This document shows positions 1 to 13,326 of a stretch of 64,000 bases of DNA, piece by piece. How positions within the stretch are numbered: the first letter of the stretch is position 1; each line of letters begins with the position of its first letter. The notes under the pieces were generated by a model, which was not told where the DNA came from, searched no databases, and was given only the letters and a program-made list of their open reading frames with translations. A program made the position numbers and the translations under genes. The stretch is from positions 65,348,001-65,412,000 of the forward strand of contig OX597832.1 in assembly GCA_951406725.2 (NCBI GenBank), written 5' to 3'. Origin of the DNA: Octopus vulgaris (Eukaryota).

Positions 1-304
1 ATCGAATTTTGCCTACGTTAACTTTGATTTTTTAAAATCTTTCCAGTTTTAAAAATAAAATAACTAGTAAATACTGACCTTTATTACATTTCTGTTGCTC
101 TCCGAGTCGATAACGGGTAGTGTAATGGGTTGTCTGAGACTGACCACAAGTAGACTCCGTTGTCCTGAATGGAGAGGTTTGAGCTGGAAACAGTAATGAA
201 CGAAATATTAAAGTTGAATTTGCTTTTGGTGTTGTTCTGAAAGTTTTGCAAACATGACTAATGCATCAACATATTTTTGTATTTGGCTCTAAAACCAATG
301 ACTA

Positions 305-1375
305 TAGAATGAAATGCATAATTTTAGAGGTATGATGCATCTAAATATGGAGATGTTGGCTACCATGCATTGATGGTTATCTCTTGTGATAGAGAGGCTC
401 CATCATTTTGGATTTACTAATAATGAATCATCATGTTGCTTTCGATAATATTAAATGCAAATGGACACTACTCGATACCTTTTGATATTTAGCTGGTCGA
501 TTCAACACTCTTCCCACAGCAGTGCCACTTGATAAAATATATTGATACAGAGAAATTATCTTATTTGGTTCAGAGATTTACGAATAAATTCAAACGTCGG
601 CATTTGAAGGAAGAAACGAGACAAAGTTTCATTCTTGAAACGTCAAATTTCATTCTCTTACAAAAGAATTGAGACTGAGAATGATCAATATATTTTGGCA
701 GAAAGAGCAAGGAGACAGCGCATTCGTAGATTAGAAGCAGGAGTATTTTAACGGGCGATTTCAGACAAATTGGTCGAATGATGCCCTTTTCTCGATAGTC
801 TCAAGGAAGATTGTTTTGGTAGAAACAGCGCCGTCCCACGTTTGGGAGCAGTAGTCTAATGTTTTTGAAGCAAAATGAGGATGTCTATCACTGGCGAACT
901 TTTACTTATTACTTGTGTATCAAAAGGAACCAATTTTATAGAACGTCAATGTGTGTAGGAGCCACATTGTTGTCTTATATATGAGCGCAGTTCTCCCTTA
1001 TATTTGTATATAACATGAGATGCTTATGCCAAAACAGTTTTCTATCACATATATATACCTAATACTTCGGGAATGTCACTGTGTTTCGATCTTGCCCACG
1101 AATGCCGAAGTTAGTATTTATTCATAAACCTCTGAATCGAAGAAATTCATTTCTGTGCATTAATATATTATTAGAAGTGGAATTACCGTGGGAAGAAGGC
1201 TGGATCGACCAGCTAAATATCAAATGGTATCTAGCTGTGCCACTTTAGATTTAATATTATCAAATTCAAAATAACAGAGCCCCTCTATAACAAGATAGAA
1301 CCATTAGTTAACTTCAGCCAACATTTCCGAGATTAGATGTATCCTAACTCTAAAAAGCATGCATTTGATATATGT
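305..1375. repeat. Old degenerate inverted repeat: arms about 305-640 and 1060-1375, spacer about 420 bp
   Basis: GATACCTTTTGATATTTAGCTGGTCGAT (~474-501) is the reverse complement of ATCGACCAGCTAAATATCAAATGGTATC (~1204-1231). Similarity continues, at roughly 70-75% by eye, outward and inward. Confidence 0.75.
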
Positions 1376-1734
1376 AATCTGAACTATTCTGCACTTCAAA
1401 ACTACAACAATCACTTGTAAATATTCACAAGGAATGAAATTGTTTGTTATTTAAGCTGTTATATAATTCAAAATACTATTACAACCTGGGTGAAAGAAAA
1501 GTTTCCTGTTTTAGTTGTTGATTGCAGCATCAGATACACAGTAAAACAATTTCCTTCCTTTAAAGGAATATTATTTCTTTTGCGGTCTTTTGTACGATTG
1601 GATAATGATAGAAAAGTAATAAATAGGATCATTCTCTCAACTGGAACATGTGTGTCGATTCCAAAGTATTGGACACTTAAAACAAATTAAATGATTTGTT
1701 GAAGAATAAATAGTATGGCATTGAAGAGCAAGAC

Positions 1735-1978
1735 GACAATTTATGCAATGATGTTGATGAACAGAATTAATATAAGTTCCACGATGCTGCTTGTGAGGCG
1801 GAGGACGAAGATGGTGTTGAAAACAAACCTGAGGGTGATGAGAATGACGATGCTTATAACGATAGCAATGATTGATCTTGATCGTGACCAGGAAGCAGAA
1901 CATACAAAATACAATGCCTATTGCTGACGACGATGATGGTGATGGTGATATGGCTGTTGTTCTTGATGATAGTGGTGG

Positions 1979-2010
<32 letters not shown>

Positions 2011-2640
2011 GCGATGTTGTTAAAAGTGATAGTGATAGGGGAAAATTGAAGAGAATATTGATGGTCATCATCAACATCCCAATCTTCGTCGTCTTCATAG
2101 TTGCACCCTTCATCCTCGTCCTCATCGACGTCATTGTCGTCCTCCCACTCCTCCTCCTTCTCACTCGACTGACCCTTCCTAACAAGCTTCAAGCAAAATT
2201 ATGGACGGTTAGCGCTTTATTCTCTGCCTTCACCTTCTTCTCCCAATGGAACTTAATGGATATTAAGAGAAAAATCCTCTGACGTTGGAAATATCCGTCT
2301 TAACTACGATTATCATGGTTATGAGGATGAAGACGACGACGAGGACAATTAACGGGGTGAGATCAGCGGCAATAACAACCACATTAATATCCATCTCAAA
2401 GACTACTACTACAGTGATGGTGATGATGATGATGATAAATTGCTATCCAGTTTTTAGCTGCGTCTTTTTTATTTGAGGAACTTCTTAACTTTTTGAAATA
2501 TTAGAATAGACGTTTAAACATAGAAATTGGAAGAAAAGATTAAAACTTTGTAAAAAATGTTTACAGAATTAGAAAAAAAAATATTCAAAATATTTTAATG
2601 AACGTGAAGATTCGTAGGTAGTACTGCTGACGATGACAAA

Positions 2641-2704
<64 letters not shown>

Positions 2705-2740
2705 CCGATGACGACGATGTGGACGAAGATGATGACGAGA
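1735..2740. repeat. Degenerate (GAT)n/(GAC)n low-complexity region with pure (GAT)n tracts at ~1975-2010 and ~2641-2705
   Basis: Seen directly; it produces the poly-D/I/S ORFs in the track. Confidence 0.9.
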
Positions 2741-2870
2741 AAGATAAAAGTGATAAAAGAAAACGAATAAATTGCTAAATAGATAAGATTTAGAAAAAAT
2801 AAGAACCGAATTTGTAAAAATGATGCGTTGGTTGAGAGAGTATAAAAGAAAATATACATAGATACATATA

Positions 2871-3130
2871 CGAGGTGGGATTAATAAGCAAAAACATGCA
2901 GAGTGAAGCCGCCATGCAGAGATTGACCTTGACTTCCGCTGTGCATGTGCACTAGGTTTTGACGTTCTAGCTCACTTCCGCAGTTTACAGCAGTGCTTGG
3001 AAGGAAGGTGTGTGACGTGTGATAGTCGCATTGACCATAACAGAGAAAGTTGTCATAGCGATACCGGCTGGGAGGCCTACACAAGGTTGCCGAAAGTGTA
3101 TGGAGAAGAATGCATGAGCACTGCTACTCC
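2871..3130 (+). mobile_element. Mariner-type DNA transposon 5' remnant
   Basis: Begins TA|CGAGG like mariner TIRs. Translation RLPKVYGEECMSTAT resembles the mariner N-terminal HTH (compare MKVTYGDDAPS in the copy at 36 kb). Confidence 0.5.
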
Positions 3131-3189
3131 TATGAAAATGTTGTTCTCTGCCGCTTGGACTACTTCTCCCAACTATGGTCCCCAGAGAG

Positions 3190-3725
3190 TGTGAAACAAA
3201 CTGTAGAACTCGAAGCAATCTAGCGCCAATACACAATGAAGACTGACTCGATGCAAAAGACGGGCTATTGGCTGAGGTTAAAGGAGCTGAGTCTATTCCC
3301 TGGAGAGAAGGCGAGAGAGATATGCGCTGAGATATATTTGGAAGATCTTGGAGGGTTTAACTCCCAATTGTGGAATTGACAACTATACAATTGCCTGAAC
3401 TGTATGGCACTGCATCATAACAAAGATCCTGTCTTACTCATTTAAATAAGAACACACTACTGCAATAGTCTGGGTTTCAAGAGCCCGCAATTGTTCATCA
3501 TCCTTCCAGGCAACCTTAGAGATCGACATGTTGTTTATATGTAAGTTTTCAAGGACCGTTTCAATAGGTTTCTATCTGATGAACACGCATCGCGGCAGGA
3601 GACGCAAAAAAGACTAGCTCTGTCCAACCCCCTACTTCACCCCAAAACAGTACCGGAAACAAGACCAAGTAACTATAAGTGATGCCACAGCATGACCTCA
3701 GCCTTGGGCTGAAACCAGTAAAAAA
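3190..3725 (+). mobile_element. CR1/L2-type LINE 3' remnant, degenerate
   Basis: YWLRLKELSLF... and GTCTGGGTTTCAAGAGCCCGCAATTGTTCA are homologous to the copy at 10020-10525. Ends in a CAGCC-TTG-GGCTG-AAAC stem-loop. Confidence 0.7.
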
Positions 3726-3754
3726 ATGCATAAAATAAAATTTATATATACATA

Positions 3755-4058
3755 TATTCTTTTATTTATAGTCTCAGTTAACTTCGGCCGTGCTTGAGCA
3801 CGGCACAGCTTCGGCCATACTTGAACATGTTTTAGTCGAGCAAATCGACGTTAGGAAATAAACATACGATGCACATAAAGATACACACACACACACCCAT
3901 ATACAATGGGTCTATTTAACTTTCTGTCTACCAAATCCATTCACTCAGGTCTGGTCTGCTCTAGACTATAGTAGAAGTCTCTTGCCGAATGTGGGGATTG
4001 AACCCAAAAACATATGGTCGGGAAGCAAACTTCCTAACACACAGCCACGCCTGCGCGC
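3755..4058 (-). mobile_element. tRNA-derived SINE family A, degenerate
   Basis: Collinear with the 39581-39987 copy (TCTACCAAATCCA..., CACAGCCACGCCTGCGC). Confidence 0.7.
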
Positions 4059-4065
4059 ATGGATG

Positions 4066-4141
<76 letters not shown>

Positions 4142-4230
4142 TGTATAAATGTATACCTGTATATGTATATGTTTATGTATAGGTACAGCTATAACTATGT
4201 ACGTATGAATTTATCTATCTGTCAATATTT

Positions 4231-4376
4231 TGTGGTATGTAGATTGCTTATCAACCACATGGTTCCGGGTTCAGACCCACTCTGTGGCACCTTCTTCAAG
4301 TGTCTTCTGCTATAGCCCCGGGTCGACCAAAGCCTTGTGAGTGGGTTTGGAAGTAGGAAGCTAAAAGAAGCCCGTC

Positions 4377-4450
<74 letters not shown>

Positions 4451-4623
4451 GTATATATATATGTCTGTGTGTGTGTGTGTATATATATATATCCTTGTGT
4501 CTCTGTGTTTGTCCCCGCAACATCACTTGACAGCCGATGCTGGTGCGTTTGCGTCTAAAGGCGGTGCTCCAGTACAGTATGGCCGCTGTCAAATGACTGA
4601 AACAAGTAAAAGAGAGAGTAAAC
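4231..4623 (+). mobile_element. tRNA-derived SINE family A with internal (TA)n
   Basis: B-box-like GGTTCAGACCC, body GGTCGACCAAAGCCTTGTGAGTGG, tail GGCGGTGCTCCAG...ATGACTGAAACAAGTAAAAGAG. Confidence 0.85.
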
Positions 4624-4625
4624 AG

Positions 4626-4659
<34 letters not shown>

Positions 4660-4693
4660 ATATATATATATTTACTCTCATATATATATAGTC

Positions 4694-4762
<69 letters not shown>

Positions 4763-5003
4763 TATACATGCAAACTTACACACACGTACGCGTGCGCACA
4801 CTCATCCACATATATGTATGTAAATATGGAGCCGATACCTTTACAAAAATACGGAGACTGGTAATCACATTTTTCTTTTATATTAACAGTTAATTATACA
4901 GCATAATTAGTTAGTTAAAATGACCGGCACTTATTTCTACACCATGTACCGTATGCAACCCACAATGGCGTAATATTTCTTCCTCTCTCTCTATCTATCT
5001 CTG

Positions 5004-5069
<66 letters not shown>

Positions 5070-5075
5070 TCTCTC

Positions 5076-5165
<90 letters not shown>

Positions 5166-5833
5166 TGCTCGTAGTTCTGTGTATTTGTATGTATGTGTGT
5201 GTGCAAGCGTGTGTGTTTGTGTGTGCGTGTGTGTTGCCTGTTGAAATATATAGAGATTGATATACATAATACCCAACAGAATAAGATCAACATTAGCAAA
5301 ATGAAGTACAAAGGAACAGAAGACAGACAATAAATAGCAAAATGGAAATGTAAATAAATCTAGAGAAGAACAAAAGGAAAAAAGTGGTTTGGAGAGAGAA
5401 AAAGTAAGGAGAATAGATGAGGGTAAAGTAGAAGATATAAAAGTAAATAGAGAGAGGGTTAGAAGAGTGAAAGAAAAAGAAAGAGGTGAGAAGTTAGTGA
5501 GAGGGACAGAGAGAGAAGGTGAGGACTAAAATGGACAGAAGAGAATGAAAAAGCGATAAAAGAAGGGAAGATGTTGTCAGAAGCGAGGTGAAAGATGTGA
5601 ATTTGTATGAAGACAACAAAATGTTTGCTCGAACACAAAACGCCTTTCAGACTTCATGTCTGAAGACAAGCATTGGCTCCATAAGTCTTTCAGGTTTTTT
5701 TCGTTTTTTGCAAATATTTGTTGGCTTCGCATTTTTGGCTGGATGTAGTTGGTTATGTGCATAATGTTTTTATAGATGCGCAAACTAATGCATGCAAACA
5801 CACACACACACTCATATACATGCAGACATATGT

Positions 5834-5895
<62 letters not shown>

Positions 5896-5946
5896 TTCTA
5901 TATGTATTAGAGATAAAAATACATGAATATACGTATGCATATGTAT

Positions 5947-5990
<44 letters not shown>

Positions 5991-6007
5991 GTATGTATTT
6001 ATATATA

Positions 6008-6056
<49 letters not shown>

Positions 6057-6630
6057 GGTATATGTACTAATCTCGAATCTGTTCTCACTCTACCTCCACT
6101 TGATAATATTTCACTTTTTCAAAGGTTTTGCTTCCCTTCCTCTACGTTATTTTATTATTGGTCATATATATTTTAAATATTTTTTTGTAAAATTGATATT
6201 TTATATTCATTAAATTGTTTTCTTTTAATAAATTCTTTTTTCTTGCCTTTCTCCCTTTCTCTCCCATCCTCGACGTAAAGATATCTGGCTTCCTATTCGA
6301 AATGTATGTCTCCACTTAATCCAGGTAGGATTAGTAATGCACATAAGCTGTAGATGTTAGAAGTTCCCGACTCCCCCCTCCTCAATGAAAAACATCATCT
6401 TATTTAAAATTATTCTTACAAACAATATTAACAACATAATCATCACCACCAGCCCCACCATCCACTTCTTTGACGACACCTTATTCAGGTTTTTTTTTAC
6501 ATTATTTCTGCCAGCCTTTCCGTGTAACATTTTAGCTATGCAATTGTATGCAACCCTCTGGCAGTAAATAATGGTCGGTTACAATATTAGTTTCTAATTT
6601 CGTTACAACCTCAGCATATTTGTATAGACA

Positions 6631-7345
6631 TGTTGGTGTCTCCCTGTACAAGTTGTAAATAATGTGGTTTTATCCGCTGGCAGATATAATCACCGATCAG
6701 CAAACAATATGTTCGTTGAAAGTATAAACAAAGCCAGCGGCTAGGATTAGGATCAGAGTTCCGGCTATTTCTGGAAGATGAGAGGCAACATATCAACACA
6801 ACGGTTGATGCAGTGCATCAATGCAGTATATCAAAGCAGAACATCAATGAAACGAGTATACTGGACATACTATAGCGGCATAAGCAGCCAGCGCCATATT
6901 GGATGAGATCTCGCGGCAGCCATTGCCATCTCCGAGCGAGACCTCACTAGAGCGAGACCTCACCTGCATCCATTTGCTATGCGCGAGATCACAACGAGGC
7001 TCCCGATAGCAAACTGGATATAAGGGTCCAACAAAAACAGATTCATTCTCTTCTCACCACAAGCGCTTGCTGAGCACATTTCACTGGCTGGGTCTCCAAG
7101 CTAGTCCCGTCTGCATGTTGTATCTCCAGAGACAATGGACCTGTGTTAACGGAGATACAACGAAATGCAGGCAGCTTGAGATTGTATGCTGAAAGCAACA
7201 CACTTCACCTATTCTGTAAAACCTTTAAATAAACCGGTTGTGAATTGCATTTGTACTTAAAGACTTCTTTCTTCACCTGGCAGAGTCTGAACTACATGAA
7301 GAACAATATTTAATGGGAGAAGGCGATATTCACCCGATATCTTAA
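6631..7345 (+). mobile_element. Possible solo LTR or unclassified repeat
   Basis: GC-richer island starting TGTTGG, with tandem GAGCGAGACCTCAC x2 (~6934-6963), TATA-like GATATAAG (~7017) and AATAAA (~7228). No clear CA end or TSD. Confidence 0.3.
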
Positions 7346-7603
7346 ACCTTGCCTCCTACTATAATACTGTCTTTTGTAGAATGGAGAAGTTATCCTTCTA
7401 TGACGTGAGCAACAACGTCCAGTACATTTTAAATCTGTATATTTCGAATCTTCCCAGACGTGTCAAGAACATATGCAAATAATAGTATGAATATGTATAT
7501 ATATATATATATATATAATAAAGTGATTGTTTCTTATCAGGAACAAGATGTTTAATAGGACTGCTATAGGAGTGCTAAATTAAATGAGACAAATATATTA
7601 AAC

Positions 7604-8174
7604 TATGGGTGCAGAACCAACAAATATAAGGTCATCCACGTAATATTTCATATCTCGAACTTTTAATCACATAATACTTTTTCTTTCACATAGAATGTAC
7701 ATGCATAAAATCACGGAAGATGAAACACAACTCATCAAAACAAGCTTATGAGAAAAATATAAGAAAAATGTGTGAATACAATCCATCGCGGTTAAACATT
7801 AATGATTAATACTTTAGCGACTAAAAAATATATATTTTAACATTATAACAACTAGAATAAGAAATATATAAAAATATAAAGAAATATATATTTTTCATAT
7901 TTTTATATATTACTTATTCTAGATGTTATAATGTTAAAATATATATTTTTTAGTCGCAAAAGTATTAATCATTAATGTTTAACCGCGATGGATTGTATTC
8001 ACACATTTTTCTTATATTTTTCTTATATGCTTGTATTGATGAGTTGCGTTTCATCTTCCGTGATTTTATGCATGTACATTCTATGTGAAAGAAAAAGTAT
8101 TATGTGATTAAATGTTCGAGATATGAAATATTACGTGGATGACCTTATATATATTTGCTTGTTCTGCAACCATA
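7604..8174. repeat. Spacer-less palindrome, arms ~285 bp, ~95% identical, centre 7887/7888
   Basis: TAAGGTCATCCACGTAATATTTCATATCTCGAAC (left arm) pairs with GTTCGAGATATGAAATATTACGTGGATGACCTTA (right arm). Symmetry runs to the central AAATATATATTT. Confidence 0.95.
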
Positions 8175-8175
8175 A

Positions 8176-8696
8176 TCTTTATATATAAAACTGTAGTTGT
8201 GTGAGTGTCTGTCCCCTTCGATTTAGATTCCTAACTACTCCCACATTTTGCGGTGCAGTTTAACCAAAAGTCGTGATTCATATTCAGTTTAACCAAAGTC
8301 GTGATTCATATCGAGCGCGTCTGCGTAATAGCGCGCGTCTACTATGAGTCTACGATTTTAAAAATAATTTAACATCATTTTTTATTCCATTTTAATGCAT
8401 AATTTTTCGTGTGTCGATGGCGGCGGAGTTGGCGTCCATGGTCACACCTGCACCTGTTTGCTTCTCCCCATTCTTCTCTCCCTCGTGAAGCTGTGGGGAA
8501 GGGAGTGTAAGGAAATCAACGTCGTAAAGCGTTGTCAAGGAGACCAGCGTTCTTTTAGAACAACGACTTCATGGCTTGAAGACACCAAAACAGAAATGGC
8601 TAAGAAAGCCCGAATTTATAAGGGAAGTAACTCTCTAAAAATGCTTATATAGTTATTTCCCTTACAAACCCGAGCAACGCCGGGCGATACTGCTAG
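8176..8696 (+). mobile_element. Non-autonomous Helitron (family 1)
   Basis: 5' TC(TTTATATATAAAA), 3' hairpin CCCGAGCAACGCCGGG followed by CTAG; inserted between A and T with no TSD. Confidence 0.85.
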
Positions 8697-8705
8697 TTTA
8701 ATATG

Positions 8706-8759
<54 letters not shown>

Positions 8760-8806
8760 GTGTGTGTGTGAGTGTGTGTGTGTGTGTATAAATCTCCAAA
8801 ATGTAA

Positions 8807-9038
8807 CAAGAAGGCAACAGACGACGGTGAAACATCCGGACTGATAGATGATACGAAGACGGAAAAGAAAAACAACAAAAAGACTGAGAGGAGAGAAAAA
8901 AGACGGGCAATTCGTGGCCTTCTCTACTCAGTCAAGTTTTCGGATTATACTTAGAGTTCTGCCGGTGAGGTCCGTCCTTGTTTTTTTTCCTATCCGTCTA
9001 TCCGTCCAGAAGTTTTATTGACGTCTGTTGCGTTCTTG
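8807..9038. repeat. Short degenerate fold-back repeat
   Basis: CAAGAAGGCAACAGACG at 8807 pairs with CGTCTGTTGCGTTCTTG at 9022-9038; weaker pairing continues for ~60 bp. Confidence 0.55.
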
Positions 9039-9362
9039 CTCTTCTTGTTTGTGGATTTATATATACATATAGCGGCGTACGTACACTTTTCCTCGCCATA
9101 TGTATATAAATACATATGTATATATCAATTTACCTAAACTATTATATTCTTATTTGCATACCCGGAAAACCTGGTCGCCTACCGTGAAATATAAAGGAAC
9201 ATTTTTCAGTTTATCGTACTTCAATATGAAAAATTCCACAACCTTCCAGCATCCCAGTAAATCACTATTGTCCATGAAAGTTGCTTTTTTGTATTTACTA
9301 CGGATTGCTTAAAGCTAACTTTCTTCTTGCAACAACATAGATCTTTAGTTGGATCATATATA

Positions 9363-9409
<47 letters not shown>

Positions 9410-9456
9410 CATATACACATATACACATACATACATACATACATATATACATATAC

Positions 9457-9491
<35 letters not shown>

Positions 9492-9900
9492 CGTATGTAT
9501 ATATATGTATATGAAATAAAAATGCAGTAGAGGATATTAAAACATTCAGAAAAACAACAATTAGTGTCTCGGAATGGGGTGACGGCTGCAAACCAATGTA
9601 AATACATTATAAGTGAGTAATTAGCAAGTTAAAGAGGTGTACGGGTAAATCAGAAAAGAATGAAAAGAAAAAAAATTAAGAGACAAAGAAAAAAAATTAG
9701 AGAAGGGATAAGAACAAAAATAAAAACACAAATAAAAATAGGGGACATTAAATTGAGCACTAGCTAAAATGAATGGAGATTAGGGAATTATAATGGACAA
9801 AAAAGGTAGACATGAATTTAAAAAACTGAAGGTAAAAACCTGGAAGTGAAAAAACATGAAAGTAAGAAAGTATAATAGAATGTATATATATATATATATG

Positions 9901-9971
<71 letters not shown>

Positions 9972-10019
9972 ATCGCTACAGGTTTATAGCTTTATGTTTT
10001 ATAGAGTGTATGTGCGTGC

Positions 10020-10525
10020 ATATACGGGAAAGACTAAAGAGATTAAAATTATATTCCCTGGAGCGTAGGCGGGAAAGATATGCCATAATATACATCTGGA
10101 AGATCCTGGAGGGAAGTGTCCTGAACTTTGGCATCGAGAGTTACGCAAATGCCAGAACTGGGCGCCACTGCGTGGTGCCTAGGACTCCAAACCTGCCATC
10201 AAGATGTAGGACAAGATTCTGTGATAGCCTGGGCTTCCGAGGCCCACAGCTCTTCAATATCCTCCCGAAGAACCTGAGAGACCTGCATGGGATGGATACA
10301 GATGTCTTTAAAATGAAGCTGGATCTCTTCCTGTCAGGTGTCCCAGATGAACCAACTTCACGGCAGGAGGGGCAGATGAGGGCAGCTGCATCGAACTCTC
10401 TCATGCACCAAATAGCAGTTGCTAGAAAGCCTCCATGAAGTGAAACCAAGTAGCAACACCAAATGGCGGTGCCCCAGCATGGCCACAGCTCATAAGCTGA
10501 AACTAGAATCAATCAATCAATCAAT
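10020..10525 (+). mobile_element. CR1/L2-type LINE 3' end (ORF2 C-terminus + 3'UTR + (ATCA)n tail), 5'-truncated
   Basis: RERLKRLKLYSLERRRERYAIIYIWKILEG...GPQLFNILP...VFKMKLD is the typical C-terminal region of CR1/L2-group ORF2. 3' stem-loop CAGCT-CATA-AGCTG, then a microsatellite tail. Confidence 0.85.
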
Positions 10526-10872
10526 ACATATATACATACATACATACATACATACATACATACATACATACATGCATACACAGGCGTATGTACGTACATG
10601 CATACGTACATACATACACACATGTATGTATACACACGTACATATATATGACGAACTAGCTGTTACTTTCTTAGATGTAGCACGAACTTTGTCAGTGAAC
10701 AGGTCGCGGATTTTAGCGACGAAAATATTTTGACAAATTAAACTTAAATGTTGAAGTGAATCGAACGGCTTTTGTGTGTTTCTTAAATGGCTTATAAACA
10801 CCTTCCACGCTGCAATTGTTTTCGTTTCAGCACACGATCTCAGATCAAATTACTTGCTATGCGAGTGCATCT

Positions 10873-10963
<91 letters not shown>

Positions 10964-10976
10964 CATGTATATATGC

Positions 10977-11008
<32 letters not shown>

Positions 11009-11244
11009 ATATATACATAAATAAACATATAAGGAAATAGAACTAAAATAGAAATAAATAGAGATAAAATAAAGGTAAAAATAGAAATAAAAATAAGGAT
11101 AAAAATAAAAATAATCGACTAAAGATTAAAATGAAATGAAGGTAAAAATAAAAGGTGATTGTAAAGGTAAAAATACAGGTGAGTGTAAAGGTAACCACCC
11201 AGGAAAGGGCAGGAAAACTAAGGCACACACACACACATATATAC

Positions 11245-11289
<45 letters not shown>

Positions 11290-11343
11290 TATATATATAA
11301 TATATATATATAATATATAAAACTCACACACACACATATATAC

Positions 11344-11391
<48 letters not shown>

Positions 11392-11402
11392 TATATAAAT
11401 AT

Positions 11403-11472
<70 letters not shown>

Positions 11473-11477
<5 letters not shown>

Positions 11478-11843
11478 AGGAGTGGCTGTGTGGTAAGTAG
11501 CTTGCTAACCAACCACATGGTTCCGGGTTCAGTCCCGCTGCGTGGCATCTTGGGCCGACCGATGCCTTGTGAGTGGATTTGGTAGACGGAAACTGAAAGA
11601 AGCTTGTCGTATATATGTATATATATATATGTTTGTGTGTCTGTGTTTGTCCCCCTAGCATTGCTTGACAACCGATGCTGGGGTGTTTACGTCCCCGTCA
11701 CTTAGCTGTTCGGCAAAAGAGAGCGATAGAATAAGTACTGGGCTTACAAAGAATAAGACCCAGGGTCGATTTGCTCGACTAAGGCGGTGCTTCAGTATGG
11801 CCGCAGTCAAATGACTGACACAAGTAAATGAGTAAATGAGTAA
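11473..11843 (+). mobile_element. tRNA-derived SINE family A
   Basis: GCGCAGGAGTGGCTGTGTGGTAAG (A box), GGTTCAGTCCC (B box), family body and 3' tail; small internal deletion. Confidence 0.9.
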
Positions 11844-12057
11844 TACATATATATATATATATATATATATATGGATTTCGTAGACAGGAACTGAAAGAAA
11901 TCAATTGTATATTTATACGTATATATGTAAGTGTATGTGTGTGTCTTTGTCTCTGTGTTTCGTCCTCATCACTGCTTCACAACTAAGCTGTGTCTCATAT
12001 TTTTGTTTGCCCACTAAGTTTTATCTATCATTTTATCTTTGTATGTGAGTGTGTGTG

Positions 12058-12130
<73 letters not shown>

Positions 12131-12143
12131 TTATCCCTCTTTC

Positions 12144-13326
12144 TCTTTATATATATATATATATATATATAACATCCTAATGGGGGCCTTAACTCCGAAA
12201 TTTTAGTCATTTCTTTTATGATCCAAAACTAGGTCAAAGGTACTGATGGATGTTTTTGAAATTTGGAAATTATATTCTATGCATAAGGGCCATATTTTTG
12301 CTGTTGATATTTTTACCATAGATATTCGACACAAATGAAGTAATATTTATAAAATTTCATCTTCTTACAAGTTTGTGGGTGTTATATCCCCATGGAGGAT
12401 TTAACACCCACTAATTTTGTCTTGGGGATTTAACACCCAGAATTTCGTCATTTTATCAAAGCAAAAACGAATGCAGTTGTGCTCTTCGAAGCTCTGGGGT
12501 TACCCGAGCATAAAAGATGAGCATTATTTGTAATTCAATGGTACAACAGTTTAACAGACGGTCCCCAGATTGATTTCAAGGCCTTCCCAGATGAGTGACT
12601 GGTTATTCAAAGACATTTATAGATTGCAAATTTATTCTGTCCAGTTACGTATCAGTATAGTGGGCATTTGTAAAATCCAGAGGTGACACTTTCATCTCTC
12701 CTTATCCCTCACATCACCCAGTTGTTAATGTTTATTTCAGTTGGGTCACGCCCTTCCAATTGCTATAGATTTGTAATGCATCTTACGACTGTTCCAGTCA
12801 CCGGGATGGTAGGGAATCCTACATTGGGAGTGGTAACGATTAGGGTAGGGTAGCTGAGTCCTTATTGTGATCATTCGTCTTTTGGTTTTCTGTAGCTTTG
12901 CTCTATTTTAAAAACCTAGTGAACATATATTTCCTATTTCAAAGCAATTCAAACAATAGATATAAGACCCAAGTTAAAAAGATTCTCAACAATTCAACGT
13001 CTCTGGTTTAGATTAACATGCCCACCACCAACAGAGGCCTTAACTCTCACATTTTAGAGCTCCATGACCTTCATTTTTCGGGAGCAAAATCTTTTTAACA
13101 GGTTCAATAAGACTGGAATTTTGGAATATGTGCATAAAACTCAGTAGTATGGGATAAATGTGGCACGATTACAATTTTTGGGGGTGTGTAAAGAGGGAAA
13201 TAACCCTCATCTGCAATTTTGATGAAATTCGAAACATAGATATTGCAGTTCATTACAGAAAATATAACAGAAATGTCTAATCATTCAATTGCTTGTAACA
13301 CGGGCATCGCCGGGTATCTCTGCTAA
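12144..13326 (+). mobile_element. Non-autonomous Helitron (family 2), copy 1
   Basis: TC...TATATAACATCCTAATGGG start; 3' CACGGGCATCGCCGGG hairpin + CTAA|T. Homologous along its length to 15659-16784. Confidence 0.8.

Noticed and set aside
1637-2859. Asp/Glu-rich and hydrophobic ORFs (possible acidic or membrane protein)
   Set aside because: They come from degenerate (GAT)n sequence and are open in several frames on both strands.
10635-10870. Possible reversed Helitron end (ACTAGC...)
   Set aside because: No GC hairpin next to the CTAG.
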